41,480 nucleotides of DNA, from assembly GCA_009602735.1 (NCBI GenBank), contig WELA01003463.1, positions 98,057 through 139,536 on the forward strand, in the 5' to 3' direction. The first letter of the stretch is position 1. Every line of letters starts with the position of its first letter. This document shows, piece after piece, positions 25,766 to 34,800 of this stretch. Below the pieces are notes generated by a model that was not told the origin of the DNA, made no database searches, and saw nothing but the letters and a program-made list of their open reading frames with translations. Source of the stretch: Mesotaenium endlicherianum (Eukaryota). The translations under genes and the position numbers were made by a program.

Positions 25766-28700
25766 GCCAGGAGCCTACCACCCCAAGACCCACTTCACGA
25801 GAAGGCAACACGCCAAGTGAGGTGGAGACCCCCGTTGAAGACGACGTTCCAGCCCCAATGAGTTTGAGAGGTTACCTTGGAGGAGAGAAGGTCCACATCT
25901 TGGTGGATAGCGGAGCTCAAGGCAACTTCATTGCTGCAGATTTTGCCACCAAGCACGGTATTACTATGCGAACTCTTGACCACGACGAGGAGATTATGAT
26001 GCCCGATGGATTCTCCTATACTACCCCTTCCAAGAAGACGTACCCCTTGGCACTCTCTATCAAGTCCTTCAAGGATAGAGTAGTGTTCTCCCCCATGCAA
26101 TTGGGCAAGTACGACGTCATCCTAGGGACGCCTTGGTTGACCAAGCACAACCCCCAAGTTGATTGGAGGACCGGTACTATCAAGATCAAGAATGACATCA
26201 CTTCAAGAATCTGTATTTTGCGCGCAATCCAGAATATCCAGACCCAAGACATCCAGAAGCCGGCACACGAGATACTATTGTCCGCCCTCCAACTCAAGAG
26301 ACTTGTGAGGAAGGGACACGAGCTTCTTTTGGCCTTGATCACGCCAAAAGACATCAAGAAAGACATCGAGAGTCAAGAAGGCAGCCCCGTTCCCAAGGAG
26401 ATACAAGAAGTCTTTGAGGACTACAAAGAAGTGTTCTCCCCGGAATTGCCCAAGGGCCTACCCCCCAAAAGATTCGTAGACCACAAGATAGAGTTGGAGC
26501 CCGGAAGCAAGCCCATCTCTCGGCCTACGTTCAAAATGTCATACACGGAGCTAGACGAAGTCAAGAAGCAAATCAAGGAGCTACTGGAGCATGGCTTCAT
26601 TCGACCTAGCAAGTCGCCATTTGGAGCCCCGGTGCTATTTGTCAAGAAGAAAGATGGTACCTTGAGGATGTGTGTGGACTATCGCGCCCTCAACAAGATC
26701 ACCATCAAGAATCGATACCCGCTGCCGCGCATGGATGAGCTCATGGACCGGCTGGTTGGAGCCAAGTACTTCACGAAGATTGACTTACGGAGCGGCTACC
26801 ACCAGATTCGCATCGCAGAACCGGACATAGAGAAGACGGCATTCAGGACAAGATATGGACATTTTGAGTTCATGGTCCTGCCATTTGGACTCACCAACGC
26901 GCCAGCAACTTTCATGACTATGATGAACACCATATTTCAGCCCATGTTGGACAGATTTGTGGTGGTATTCATCGATGACATCCTTATCTACAGCAAGACC
27001 CTTGAAGAGCATGCGAGACACTTGAAAGAAGTCCTTGAAGTATTGAAGCAAAACAAGCTGTTTGCGAAGGAGTCAAAATGCGAGTTTGCCAAACAAGAAG
27101 TGGAGTTCCTAGGTCTCCACGTGACTGCTGATGGCATCAAGATAGACCCCAAGAAGACCACGGTGGTGGAGGAATGGCCAACCCCCACGACCAAGAAAGA
27201 ACTCCAGTCATTCTTGGGATTTGCCAATTGGTACAGAAAATTCATCCAAGGCTTCTCGCACATAGCAGCCCCCCTGACAGATCTACTCAAGAAGGACAGG
27301 CTATATACATGGACCGAGAAAGAGGAAGAGGCATTTCAAGAGTTAAAGCGAAGATTGACCACATCCCCGGTGCTCACACTCCCAAGTCCAAACCCAGATT
27401 GGCCCTTCCACGTCATCACCGATGCATCTTCCTATGCAATAGGAGCAATCCTGCTTCAAGACCAAGGCAAGGGACTGCAGCCCATCGCCTACGAGTCAAG
27501 GAAGCTAAATCCAGCCGAGCAAAATTATACAACCACGGAGCGAGAGGCATTGGCGATTGTACATGCCTTGAAGGTTTGGCGCTGCTACGTTGAAGGACGC
27601 AAAGTACTGGTCACCACGGACCACGAGGCGTTAAAGCACCTCCAGACGCAGCCGTATCTCTCAAGGAGACAAGCAAGATGGAGCGGATACTTGCAACAAT
27701 ACAACATCACGATTCAGTACCAGCCCGGCAAGACAAACCCGGCTGACCCCCTCTCAAGACTGCAATTAAATGCAGTGATGGTATCCCTGAAGACAGATCT
27801 GGAAGCTCGATTTTCAGCCGCCTATGAAAGAGACCCTTACTACAAGAACGGAGAAGCAGCCTTGGACCCATGCAAGAAGCAAGAAGGCAATTATTGGGTG
27901 AGGCAAGATACGGGCCAGAGATGTGTTCCTAATGACTTAGACCTCCGGCTCTTGCTTCTACGAGAAGCACACGACAACCCTCTTGGAGGACACTTTGGAA
28001 TCCTAAGGACCACGGGCGTTCTAGCTAGGACTTATTGTTGGCCAGGCATGTCTAAGCAAGTCAAGGAGTACTGCAGGAGCTGTGACACATGCCAAAGAAT
28101 CAAGCCATCATCGCAAAAGGCGGGAGGACTCCTCCAACCACTACCAATCCCCGAAAGACAATGGACGGACATCTCAATGGACCTTATCGTGGACTTGCCC
28201 GTGACACCTCGAGGCCATAATGCAATACTCACGGTGGTGGACAGACTTACCAAGATGGCTCATTTTATTCCCACGACGACTAAGGCTACAGCACCACAAC
28301 TTGCAAGACTCATCTTTGACAACATCTTCCGACTCCATGGACTACCATCAAGAATTGTGTCAGATAGAGATCCAAGATTCACAAGCCATTTCTGGAAAAA
28401 TCTCTTCAAGAACTTGGGTACATCGCTGGATATGTCTACTGCCTACCACCCACAATCAGATGGGCAAACCGAGCGTATGAATCGTACCCTAAAGACCTCT
28501 CTAAAGGCCTACGTGTCTACCCTCGAGCAAGACTGGGACATGTACTTGACCCCCCTCGAGTTTGCCTACAACAACACTACGCAGGCCTCTACCCAAGAGT
28601 CCCCATTCTTCCTCAACTATGGCTTCCATCCGACCACGCCACTGAGCTTCACGGCTGGCCATGATGAAGTACCTGCAGCCACAGATTTTATGGAGACATT

Positions 28701-29352
28701 AGAAGCAGCCCTTACAGCAGCGAAGAAAGCTCTACAACACGCGCAAGATGCTCAAGCAAGAGTGGCGAACAGATCCAGAAGAGAAATTACGTACAGAGTG
28801 GGTGACAACGTGTTACTATCATCCAAGAACATTTCCCTGAACAACAGGCCTGCCGGCAGCAAGTTCTCTCCCAAGTATTTGGGACCCTTCAAGATTATCC
28901 AGCAAGTCAACCCCGTTGCTTTCAAGCTAGAACTTCCCCAGACTATGCACATCGACCCCGTATTCCACGCTTCCCTCTTCAAGCCATATGTGCAACCCGA
29001 CAACAAGTTCCCAGGACGTGTGACAACCCCACCAGCCCCAACAATAGTGGATGATCATTTGGAGTACGAAGTGGAAGACATAGTGGCTATGAGAAATTTC
29101 AGGAGACAGCAGCAATACTTGATCAAGTGGAAAGGATATCCAGATTCGGAGAATAGTTGGGTGGCGGCGCACTACCTTGACAAAGTTCAGAGAAAGTTGA
29201 AGCGCTTCCATGCCGCCAACCCCCATCTTGGACCAGCCCCAAGTCTCTCTACTAGAAGCCCGAAGACTTCAGGGAGGCAGCCTGCCACCATCAAGAAGCA
29301 GCAGAAGACCCCTTGGAGGCAGCCTGCAAGAACAAGAAAGAGGAAAAATTGA
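25687..29352 (+). CDS. pol: Pol: protease, reverse transcriptase, RNase H, integrase, chromodomain (family 1)
   Basis: [62 protein letters not shown] zinc finger, [32 protein letters not shown]. No internal stops. Confidence 0.97.
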   Translation: MLLLQGKGPSCTFMPQKVVKKRTAPVGQEPTTPRPTSREGNTPSEVETPVEDDVPAPMSLRGYLGGEKVHILVDSGAQGNFIAADFATKHGITMRTLDHDEEIMMPDGFSYTTPSKKTYPLALSIKSFKDRVVFSPMQLGKYDVILGTPWLTKHNPQVDWRTGTIKIKNDITSRICILRAIQNIQTQDIQKPAHEILLSALQLKRLVRKGHELLLALITPKDIKKDIESQEGSPVPKEIQEVFEDYKEVFSPELPKGLPPKRFVDHKIELEPGSKPISRPTFKMSYTELDEVKKQIKELLEHGFIRPSKSPFGAPVLFVKKKDGTLRMCVDYRALNKITIKNRYPLPRMDELMDRLVGAKYFTKIDLRSGYHQIRIAEPDIEKTAFRTRYGHFEFMVLPFGLTNAPATFMTMMNTIFQPMLDRFVVVFIDDILIYSKTLEEHARHLKEVLEVLKQNKLFAKESKCEFAKQEVEFLGLHVTADGIKIDPKKTTVVEEWPTPTTKKELQSFLGFANWYRKFIQGFSHIAAPLTDLLKKDRLYTWTEKEEEAFQELKRRLTTSPVLTLPSPNPDWPFHVITDASSYAIGAILLQDQGKGLQPIAYESRKLNPAEQNYTTTEREALAIVHALKVWRCYVEGRKVLVTTDHEALKHLQTQPYLSRRQARWSGYLQQYNITIQYQPGKTNPADPLSRLQLNAVMVSLKTDLEARFSAAYERDPYYKNGEAALDPCKKQEGNYWVRQDTGQRCVPNDLDLRLLLLREAHDNPLGGHFGILRTTGVLARTYCWPGMSKQVKEYCRSCDTCQRIKPSSQKAGGLLQPLPIPERQWTDISMDLIVDLPVTPRGHNAILTVVDRLTKMAHFIPTTTKATAPQLARLIFDNIFRLHGLPSRIVSDRDPRFTSHFWKNLFKNLGTSLDMSTAYHPQSDGQTERMNRTLKTSLKAYVSTLEQDWDMYLTPLEFAYNNTTQASTQESPFFLNYGFHPTTPLSFTAGHDEVPAATDFMETLEAALTAAKKALQHAQDAQARVANRSRREITYRVGDNVLLSSKNISLNNRPAGSKFSPKYLGPFKIIQQVNPVAFKLELPQTMHIDPVFHASLFKPYVQPDNKFPGRVTTPPAPTIVDDHLEYEVEDIVAMRNFRRQQQYLIKWKGYPDSENSWVAAHYLDKVQRKLKRFHAANPHLGPAPSLSTRSPKTSGRQPATIKKQQKTPWRQPARTRKRKN
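25744..25779 (+). promoter_or_regulatory. Putative -1 programmed ribosomal frameshift site, family 1
   Basis: A AAA AAC heptamer in the gag frame (25744-25750); hairpin GGTAGGC-CAGGA-GCCTACC at 25761-25779; pol is in the -1 frame and overlaps the gag end. Confidence 0.8.
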
Positions 29353-29965
29353 CATTAGACACTCTTCTCTTCTCGCAGTTTCTGGACAGAAAACTAAAAC
29401 TGCTACTGGTAATAGGTCTCTGCATAATAAATTCTGAAAATTTACCTGGCTGTAGTCCATGAGTAGCCGGTCATTTAGAGTCCAAGTTTGCTCAATTTGG
29501 AGCACTGGTGAGAGAGATATGATGCTCTAAGTAGAAGGGGGTCAGGCTGCTGGCATTGTTAGGACAGAATATGCCTTCTGACATTGTGCCTTCCCCTGAA
29601 CTTGGAATGCTCTGAAACTCAAGACTCTGGTAGAACATCTTACAGCGCCCAGTTTGAGACTTAGTTTGCAGAATTTGGAGAAGTATAGAAGGACTTATGA
29701 TTTTCAGAAGTTTCTGCACAGATTTGGAGGAGTGCCTACTCTCTCAGCTCTCAACGACACTCCAGAAATGAGAATGCTCTCAAATTTGGTGACCCGGTAG
29801 AGTTCTCCGACGCGGTCCGTCTGGCACTCGAATTTTCAGATTTGGAGCAGTTCTGTGGCCGCTATGAATTTTTGAGTTCGTGGCAGATTCTGGGCCAACT
29901 TGTACAATTTTCTTTATCATTAAGGAGTAGGCTAGCCAATAAGGTCACACCACCTACGACCTTGC

Positions 29966-30086
29966 CTAGTCTACCTTACATGTGTAGCACCTGACTTGGC
30001 GCCTTTGACTAGTCCTCTTCACATGTGTGGCATCTGACTTGAAACTGTTGACTAGTTTGCTCCACATGTGTAAGACCTGACTTGAC
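29966..30086 (+). repeat. Three tandem ~43-bp repeats upstream of the family 1 PPT
   Basis: CTAGT..ACATGTGT..CCTGACTTG-like unit occurs three times. Confidence 0.85.
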
Positions 30087-30111
30087 GCGCCGAGACGTCG
30101 CTTTTTCTATC

Positions 30112-30121
30112 GGGGGGGTGA
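30112..30121 (+). promoter_or_regulatory. Polypurine tract, family 1
   Basis: GGGGGGGTGA immediately before the 3' LTR. Confidence 0.88.
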
Positions 30122-30624
30122 TGTAGTGATTTGAGTTATTATATATTAGTTTGCATATATTTTAATGTTTTCAAATATATTTGGAGTAGTATTGTGTGGA
30201 GTCAAGTGTGAATAGGTACTCTAGTAACTTGGTTCATGTCCTTTGAACCTTCCAAGGCATTTTCGAAGTTAGAGGAAAGACCTAGAAGAACTCCATGTGG
30301 CAAAAGTCAAATGTGCCATTTTTAGGTCAAAAGGACATGTGTACATTATTCTAGAAAGAGGTGGCAAGTTTTGGGATGTGTTGGGTGCCAACACATCAAC
30401 ATACACTTTCCTAGAAATTACTTATGTAGCAAGTATATAAACAAGAGCTAGAACATAGAAAGACATTCCAGAATCACTCTTGTACTTGCCAAAATCCAGA
30501 AATATATTAACTTTCAAGAAGCCATCTCTCTTTCAAGAAGCTACCACTTGTGTTCAAAGATCCTTGTCTTGAATAGATAAACTATTCTGTTTTACTAAGT
30601 ACTTTATCTATCTGTTTCACTACA
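30122..30624 (+). repeat. 3' LTR, family 1
   Basis: Direct repeat of 23945-24447. Confidence 0.97.
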
Positions 30625-30860
30625 ATCTCTTTGTGCGGAGACTCCTTTGCTGGAAGTTGTCGCAGAAAGAAAGGCACGACGTTAAACAAATATTTTGCTT
30701 TGACTACGCGAGCTTTGAAGCACCTTGAATACGCAATTATATAACAATACTTCATGCAGCTAGGGGGATAATTTTGAATAGTACGCCCTACGAAGAATGA
30801 ACGGCAGGGGCATAAACAATTATTTTTGGTACTAAGATTTGAACATCAGGTGTATCACGT

Positions 30861-32100
30861 CTGGTACGCGGATTGATTGGCGCGGACGATTTTCACTGGT
30901 AAGTGGAATTAATGTCGCGCGGGACGATTTTTACTGGTACGCGAAATTATTGTAGTGCACGGTTTTCATTGGTATGTGGATGGCGCCTGGACGATTTTCA
31001 CTGGTACGTGGAATTGATGTTGCGCGGCAGCGCGGGACAATTTTTTACTGATACGCGGAATTATTGTCGTGGACGGTTTCCATTTGTACACGGAAATAAT
31101 GGCGTCGACGATTTTCACTGGTAGGTGGAAATAATGGCGCGGGACGATTTCACTGGTACGCAGAATTAATGGCGCAAGATTATTTTTATTGGTACATGGA
31201 AATGCGCGAACCGTTTTTATTGGTACACGGACTTAATGGCGCGGACGATTTTAACTGGTACGTGTAATTAATACTGCGTAGGACGATTGTCACTGGTACG
31301 CAGAATTATTGTCGTGGACGATTTTCACTGGTACGTGGAACTTATGGCGCGGGACAATTTTCACTGGTACGTGGAATCATTGTTGTGGATGGTCTTCACT
31401 GGTACGTGCAAATAATGGCGCGGGATAACTTTCACTAGTACGCGGAATAAATGGCGTGAGGCGATTTTGACTGGTTCGTGGAAATAACGGCGGACGATTT
31501 TCAATGGTACGTGGAATTAATGACGCGTGACCATTTTCACTGGTACGCAAATTTAATGGCGCGGGGCGATTTTCACTGGTAAGCGAACTTATTGTTGTGG
31601 ACGGTTTTCACTGGTACGTGGAAATAATGGCGCGGGACGATTTCACTGGTGCGTGGAATTGATGGCGCGTAACGATTTTCACAGGTACGTGGAAATAATG
31701 GCGTGGTCACTGGCTCGGGGACTTCAATGGCGCGGACGGTTTTCACTGGTATACGAAAAGAACTTTTTGCTGGTACGCGGAATGAATGGCAAGGTGAGCG
31801 AGTTTTTGCTGGTATGCGAAATAATTGAACAAACTAGGGCGGTTTTGCTGGTACCCGGAACAAGAGCAGCTTTTGGTGCATGAGATGCAGAATATTGCAT
31901 GGCAAAGGCAGTTGCTAATGGTACCGAATGGATTGTAATGGAAGTCCTTAGTGGTACCCGGAAGAAGGGCAGTTCTTGGTGCATGGTACGCTGGCAAGGG
32001 CACTTTTTATTGGTACGCGAAATGAATGGAAAGCTAGGGGATTTTCTCTTGGTACACGGGATGAGAGGCAAGCTAGGGCATATTTTACTGCAGTGGTACA
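30861..32100 (+). repeat. Minisatellite, ~35-36-bp unit (consensus about GACGATTTTCACTGGTACGTGGAAATAATGGCGCGG), ~26 copies to 31750, then a decayed tail
   Basis: TTTTCACTGGTACG recurs about every 35 bp; after 31750 only the TGGTAC core persists. Confidence 0.93.
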
Positions 32101-32565
32101 GACTGTCTGTCCGCCAGGCTTGTCTTTCTAGATACACTTCTCCTACCATGGAAGGGCGTGAGATACCTTCCATGAGCCTTCAACTCTAGGTTAGCAGGAT
32201 GGTGGGTGCAATTCAGACAGGTCACTGCAGGATGGAAGCTCAGGCACAGGGGCTCCTGGTGCAGAGACGCGGTCTGCCCATAGCATCAGGTGAACAACCC
32301 GAGAGCAAGATGTGTTTCATCCCCACCCACCCTTTGAGTAATACCATGGGGGGTAGGAAATCACCTGTCCCTTTGCTGGAGGGAAAAGGATTCAAATACA
32401 AGCAGGCGTAGGTTCAGGCCAAAAGTGATGGGGCAGTATATCCATTAGTCTCCTGGCCGGATGCACAAGCCATGCTTTTGCTTGTCGTGAGCATCAGCCC
32501 TCCTGCCTAGCAGCTCTACTTGAGGGTGCCTACTTCCTCCACCTGTAGATAGAATGCAGTTCTTG

Positions 32566-33287
32566 TGTAATGAATCAGTATACTGGTTGACATAATAATT
32601 ATTTAAATAATATAGTTAAATAAGTTCAGCCTGCTGAACTCTAGTTAACAATCAATCTGCTGGACTTTATACTTCATATCAGTTTAATGACTCAGGCCGG
32701 AAGTAGCAGGCTGGTGTCACCTTAAGTCAGCTTGCTGACACATTCTTTGACAGCCAGCTGACTTCCGTACTCGGTAGCAGCGAACTGCCTCGATATGCAT
32801 CTAAGTGTGGTATGCTAGATGAATGGCCAGATCACATCCCTATGATGGATGGCGATTCGGGATGATGGGAGATGGCGGTGGATTTGGTTAACCGAGGTCC
32901 TACCAACGTGGTTAACTCCCGGGTAGGCGGTGCCATCGCACTGACCGTTGAACAGTAAACTCATTCCATGTACATATGCTAGGCATTGCTCTCGAGTTCG
33001 GCATTTGGAAACGAGGCCAACTCTCTTGTACAGCTTACTGAGAGCACTCTGAATCCAAGGCGAGAAGCCATTGATACGCACTGTCTTCTAACCTTGCTTA
33101 TGTATGAGTTTACTGATTGGCATCATTGATGCTAGTTTACTCGCGTTTGACTTACGAGTATTATTCACTGCTAGTGTATTGTCCTTTGCCGTTTAACTAG
33201 TTAACAAAAAATACCATAAAGATTACTTGCTGATATGAAGATCTTTATTAATTGTTAATCGCCTATTTGGTAAGTCGATTCATTTCA
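32566..33287 (+). repeat. 5' LTR of family 2 copy A
   Basis: TGTAATGAAT...ATTCATTTCA; followed by PBS; reverse-complement copy at 38317-39037. Confidence 0.95.
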
Positions 33288-33288
33288 G

Positions 33289-33300
33289 TGGTATCGGAGC
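33289..33300 (+). promoter_or_regulatory. Primer binding site, tRNA-iMet type (TGGTATCGGAGC)
   Basis: 1 nt after the LTR; identical to the family 1 PBS. Confidence 0.9.
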
Positions 33301-33321
33301 AGTTATCACAGTCTTCTTTGT

Positions 33322-34800
33322 ATGGTAAGGACAAGGTCTCAAACTAGCAACTCCCGAGACATGGAGAACCAGGATAACGAGAATGTCGAAAACCAGGCGG
33401 AAAGCCATGTAGCGGGAAACCGTACCTATTCTGAAGCAGTAGCAGATACTGCAGCTAGAGAGGCTGCAGATGAGGCAGCTGCTATTTCCGCAGTCGCAGC
33501 ACAGCAAGCTGAGGAGGAGAGAGCCAGGCTAGAAGCTGAACAATTAGCAAAGGTCGCTGAAGATACAGAAAGGAGGGAACGACAGCCAGCTGACGAGCGC
33601 ACTGTTGAAGAACTTATGGCATCCACGGCCAATGTTCTGAACCCACCTCCTGCTGTACAACTCAATGTACCCCTAGGTCAAATACGTGACCGGTTGAATG
33701 CGGCAGGAATTGCTGCTGCAGGAGCGAGACGGACTGTTGAGGACACTACTCAGCGAGTAGAGGTCAATGCTGCTGCTGCATTTGCTAATCTACCACTCCA
33801 GAGTGTAGACTTGGGAGCATTGTACGTTCAGATGCAGTCGCAAATGGCGACCATGTATCAGTCCCAACAGGAGGACAAAAGAATCATAATGTCCCTACTA
33901 CGAGACAGAGACCAACTGGGGTCTCAAACCACTAGTGGTGGTGGCCGAGGGCCTAGTAAGCCCAAGCCGAAACCTCCCCAGGAATATGATCCTGAGGGAA
34001 ACAGAAAATATTACCTGATCAAGTTTCTCGCGGATGTTGAGCAGTGGCTGGAGAACTACCCAGAACTGCAAGATTACGAGAAGGTCAGGCACACCGGTGC
34101 GCTACTGAAAGGCAGTGCCGCAGACTGGTGGCTTTACTGGAAGGAAGAGCGTAAGGCTCGGCAACTCGGTGACCCTACGTGGGTAGAGTTTGTCGAGAAG
34201 TTGCATGAGAAGTTTGATGTCATCAACCAGCAGGAGAAAGCTATCTATGCGATGATCTCCCTGACACTGAAGCAGACCACTTTAGTTGCTGAGTTTGCTA
34301 AAAAGTTCCAAGAGAACATGATGAAGCAGCCCGATTTGCCAGAACGATATAGGATAGCATACTTCAGGTATGGCTTGAAATCCGAGGTCTCTGGTCATTT
34401 TGCTGAGAAAAAGTATGAGAAACTGGCTGACTTGATCCAGGATGCTGACGCCTGGGATCAGCAGCAGTTCAATCACAAGCGCCAGAGTAACGCTTTGGTG
34501 TCTAAGATTGTCAAAAAGCCCCACGGTTCCTACAATGCAGTTGAAGGAGACCAGGCTGAGGATAATCAGGGTGATGAATATGAGTATGAGTACAATGCCA
34601 TACAGTCTAGAGGTAGAGGTGGTTTTTCTCGAGGCGGCTATGGAAGAGGTGGTGGTAGGACTAAGCCGAGACCAGCCTCAGCAAAATCCACTTGCTACCA
34701 TTGTCAGCAGTTGGGCCACTACAGAGAACAGTGTCCAGTCAAGCACCTTCCGAAGGTCGAGAGAAAAGACCAGCCTTTAAAAGACAGCAACAGTCAGTAA
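33322..34800 (+). CDS. gag: Gag (492 aa), family 2 copy A
   Basis: MVRTRS start, [25 protein letters not shown] stretch, zinc knuckle [14 protein letters not shown]. Confidence 0.93.
   Translation: MVRTRSQTSNSRDMENQDNENVENQAESHVAGNRTYSEAVADTAAREAADEAAAISAVAAQQAEEERARLEAEQLAKVAEDTERRERQPADERTVEELMASTANVLNPPPAVQLNVPLGQIRDRLNAAGIAAAGARRTVEDTTQRVEVNAAAAFANLPLQSVDLGALYVQMQSQMATMYQSQQEDKRIIMSLLRDRDQLGSQTTSGGGRGPSKPKPKPPQEYDPEGNRKYYLIKFLADVEQWLENYPELQDYEKVRHTGALLKGSAADWWLYWKEERKARQLGDPTWVEFVEKLHEKFDVINQQEKAIYAMISLTLKQTTLVAEFAKKFQENMMKQPDLPERYRIAYFRYGLKSEVSGHFAEKKYEKLADLIQDADAWDQQQFNHKRQSNALVSKIVKKPHGSYNAVEGDQAEDNQGDEYEYEYNAIQSRGRGGFSRGGYGRGGGRTKPRPASAKSTCYHCQQLGHYREQCPVKHLPKVERKDQPLKDSNSQ

Larger units (their letters stand above)
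23945..30624 (+). mobile_element. Full-length, apparently intact Ty3/Gypsy chromovirus (family 1), 6680 bp
   Basis: Two 503-bp LTRs with about 4 differences, PBS, gag, uninterrupted PR-RT-RH-IN-chromodomain pol, PPT; flanks GTCTC/ATCTC (TSD with 1 mismatch). Confidence 0.97.

Noticed and set aside
32815..33081. 88-aa ORF present in both family 2 LTRs (also 38523-38789)
   Set aside because: Non-ATG start, antisense to the element, and shared only because the LTRs are homologous.
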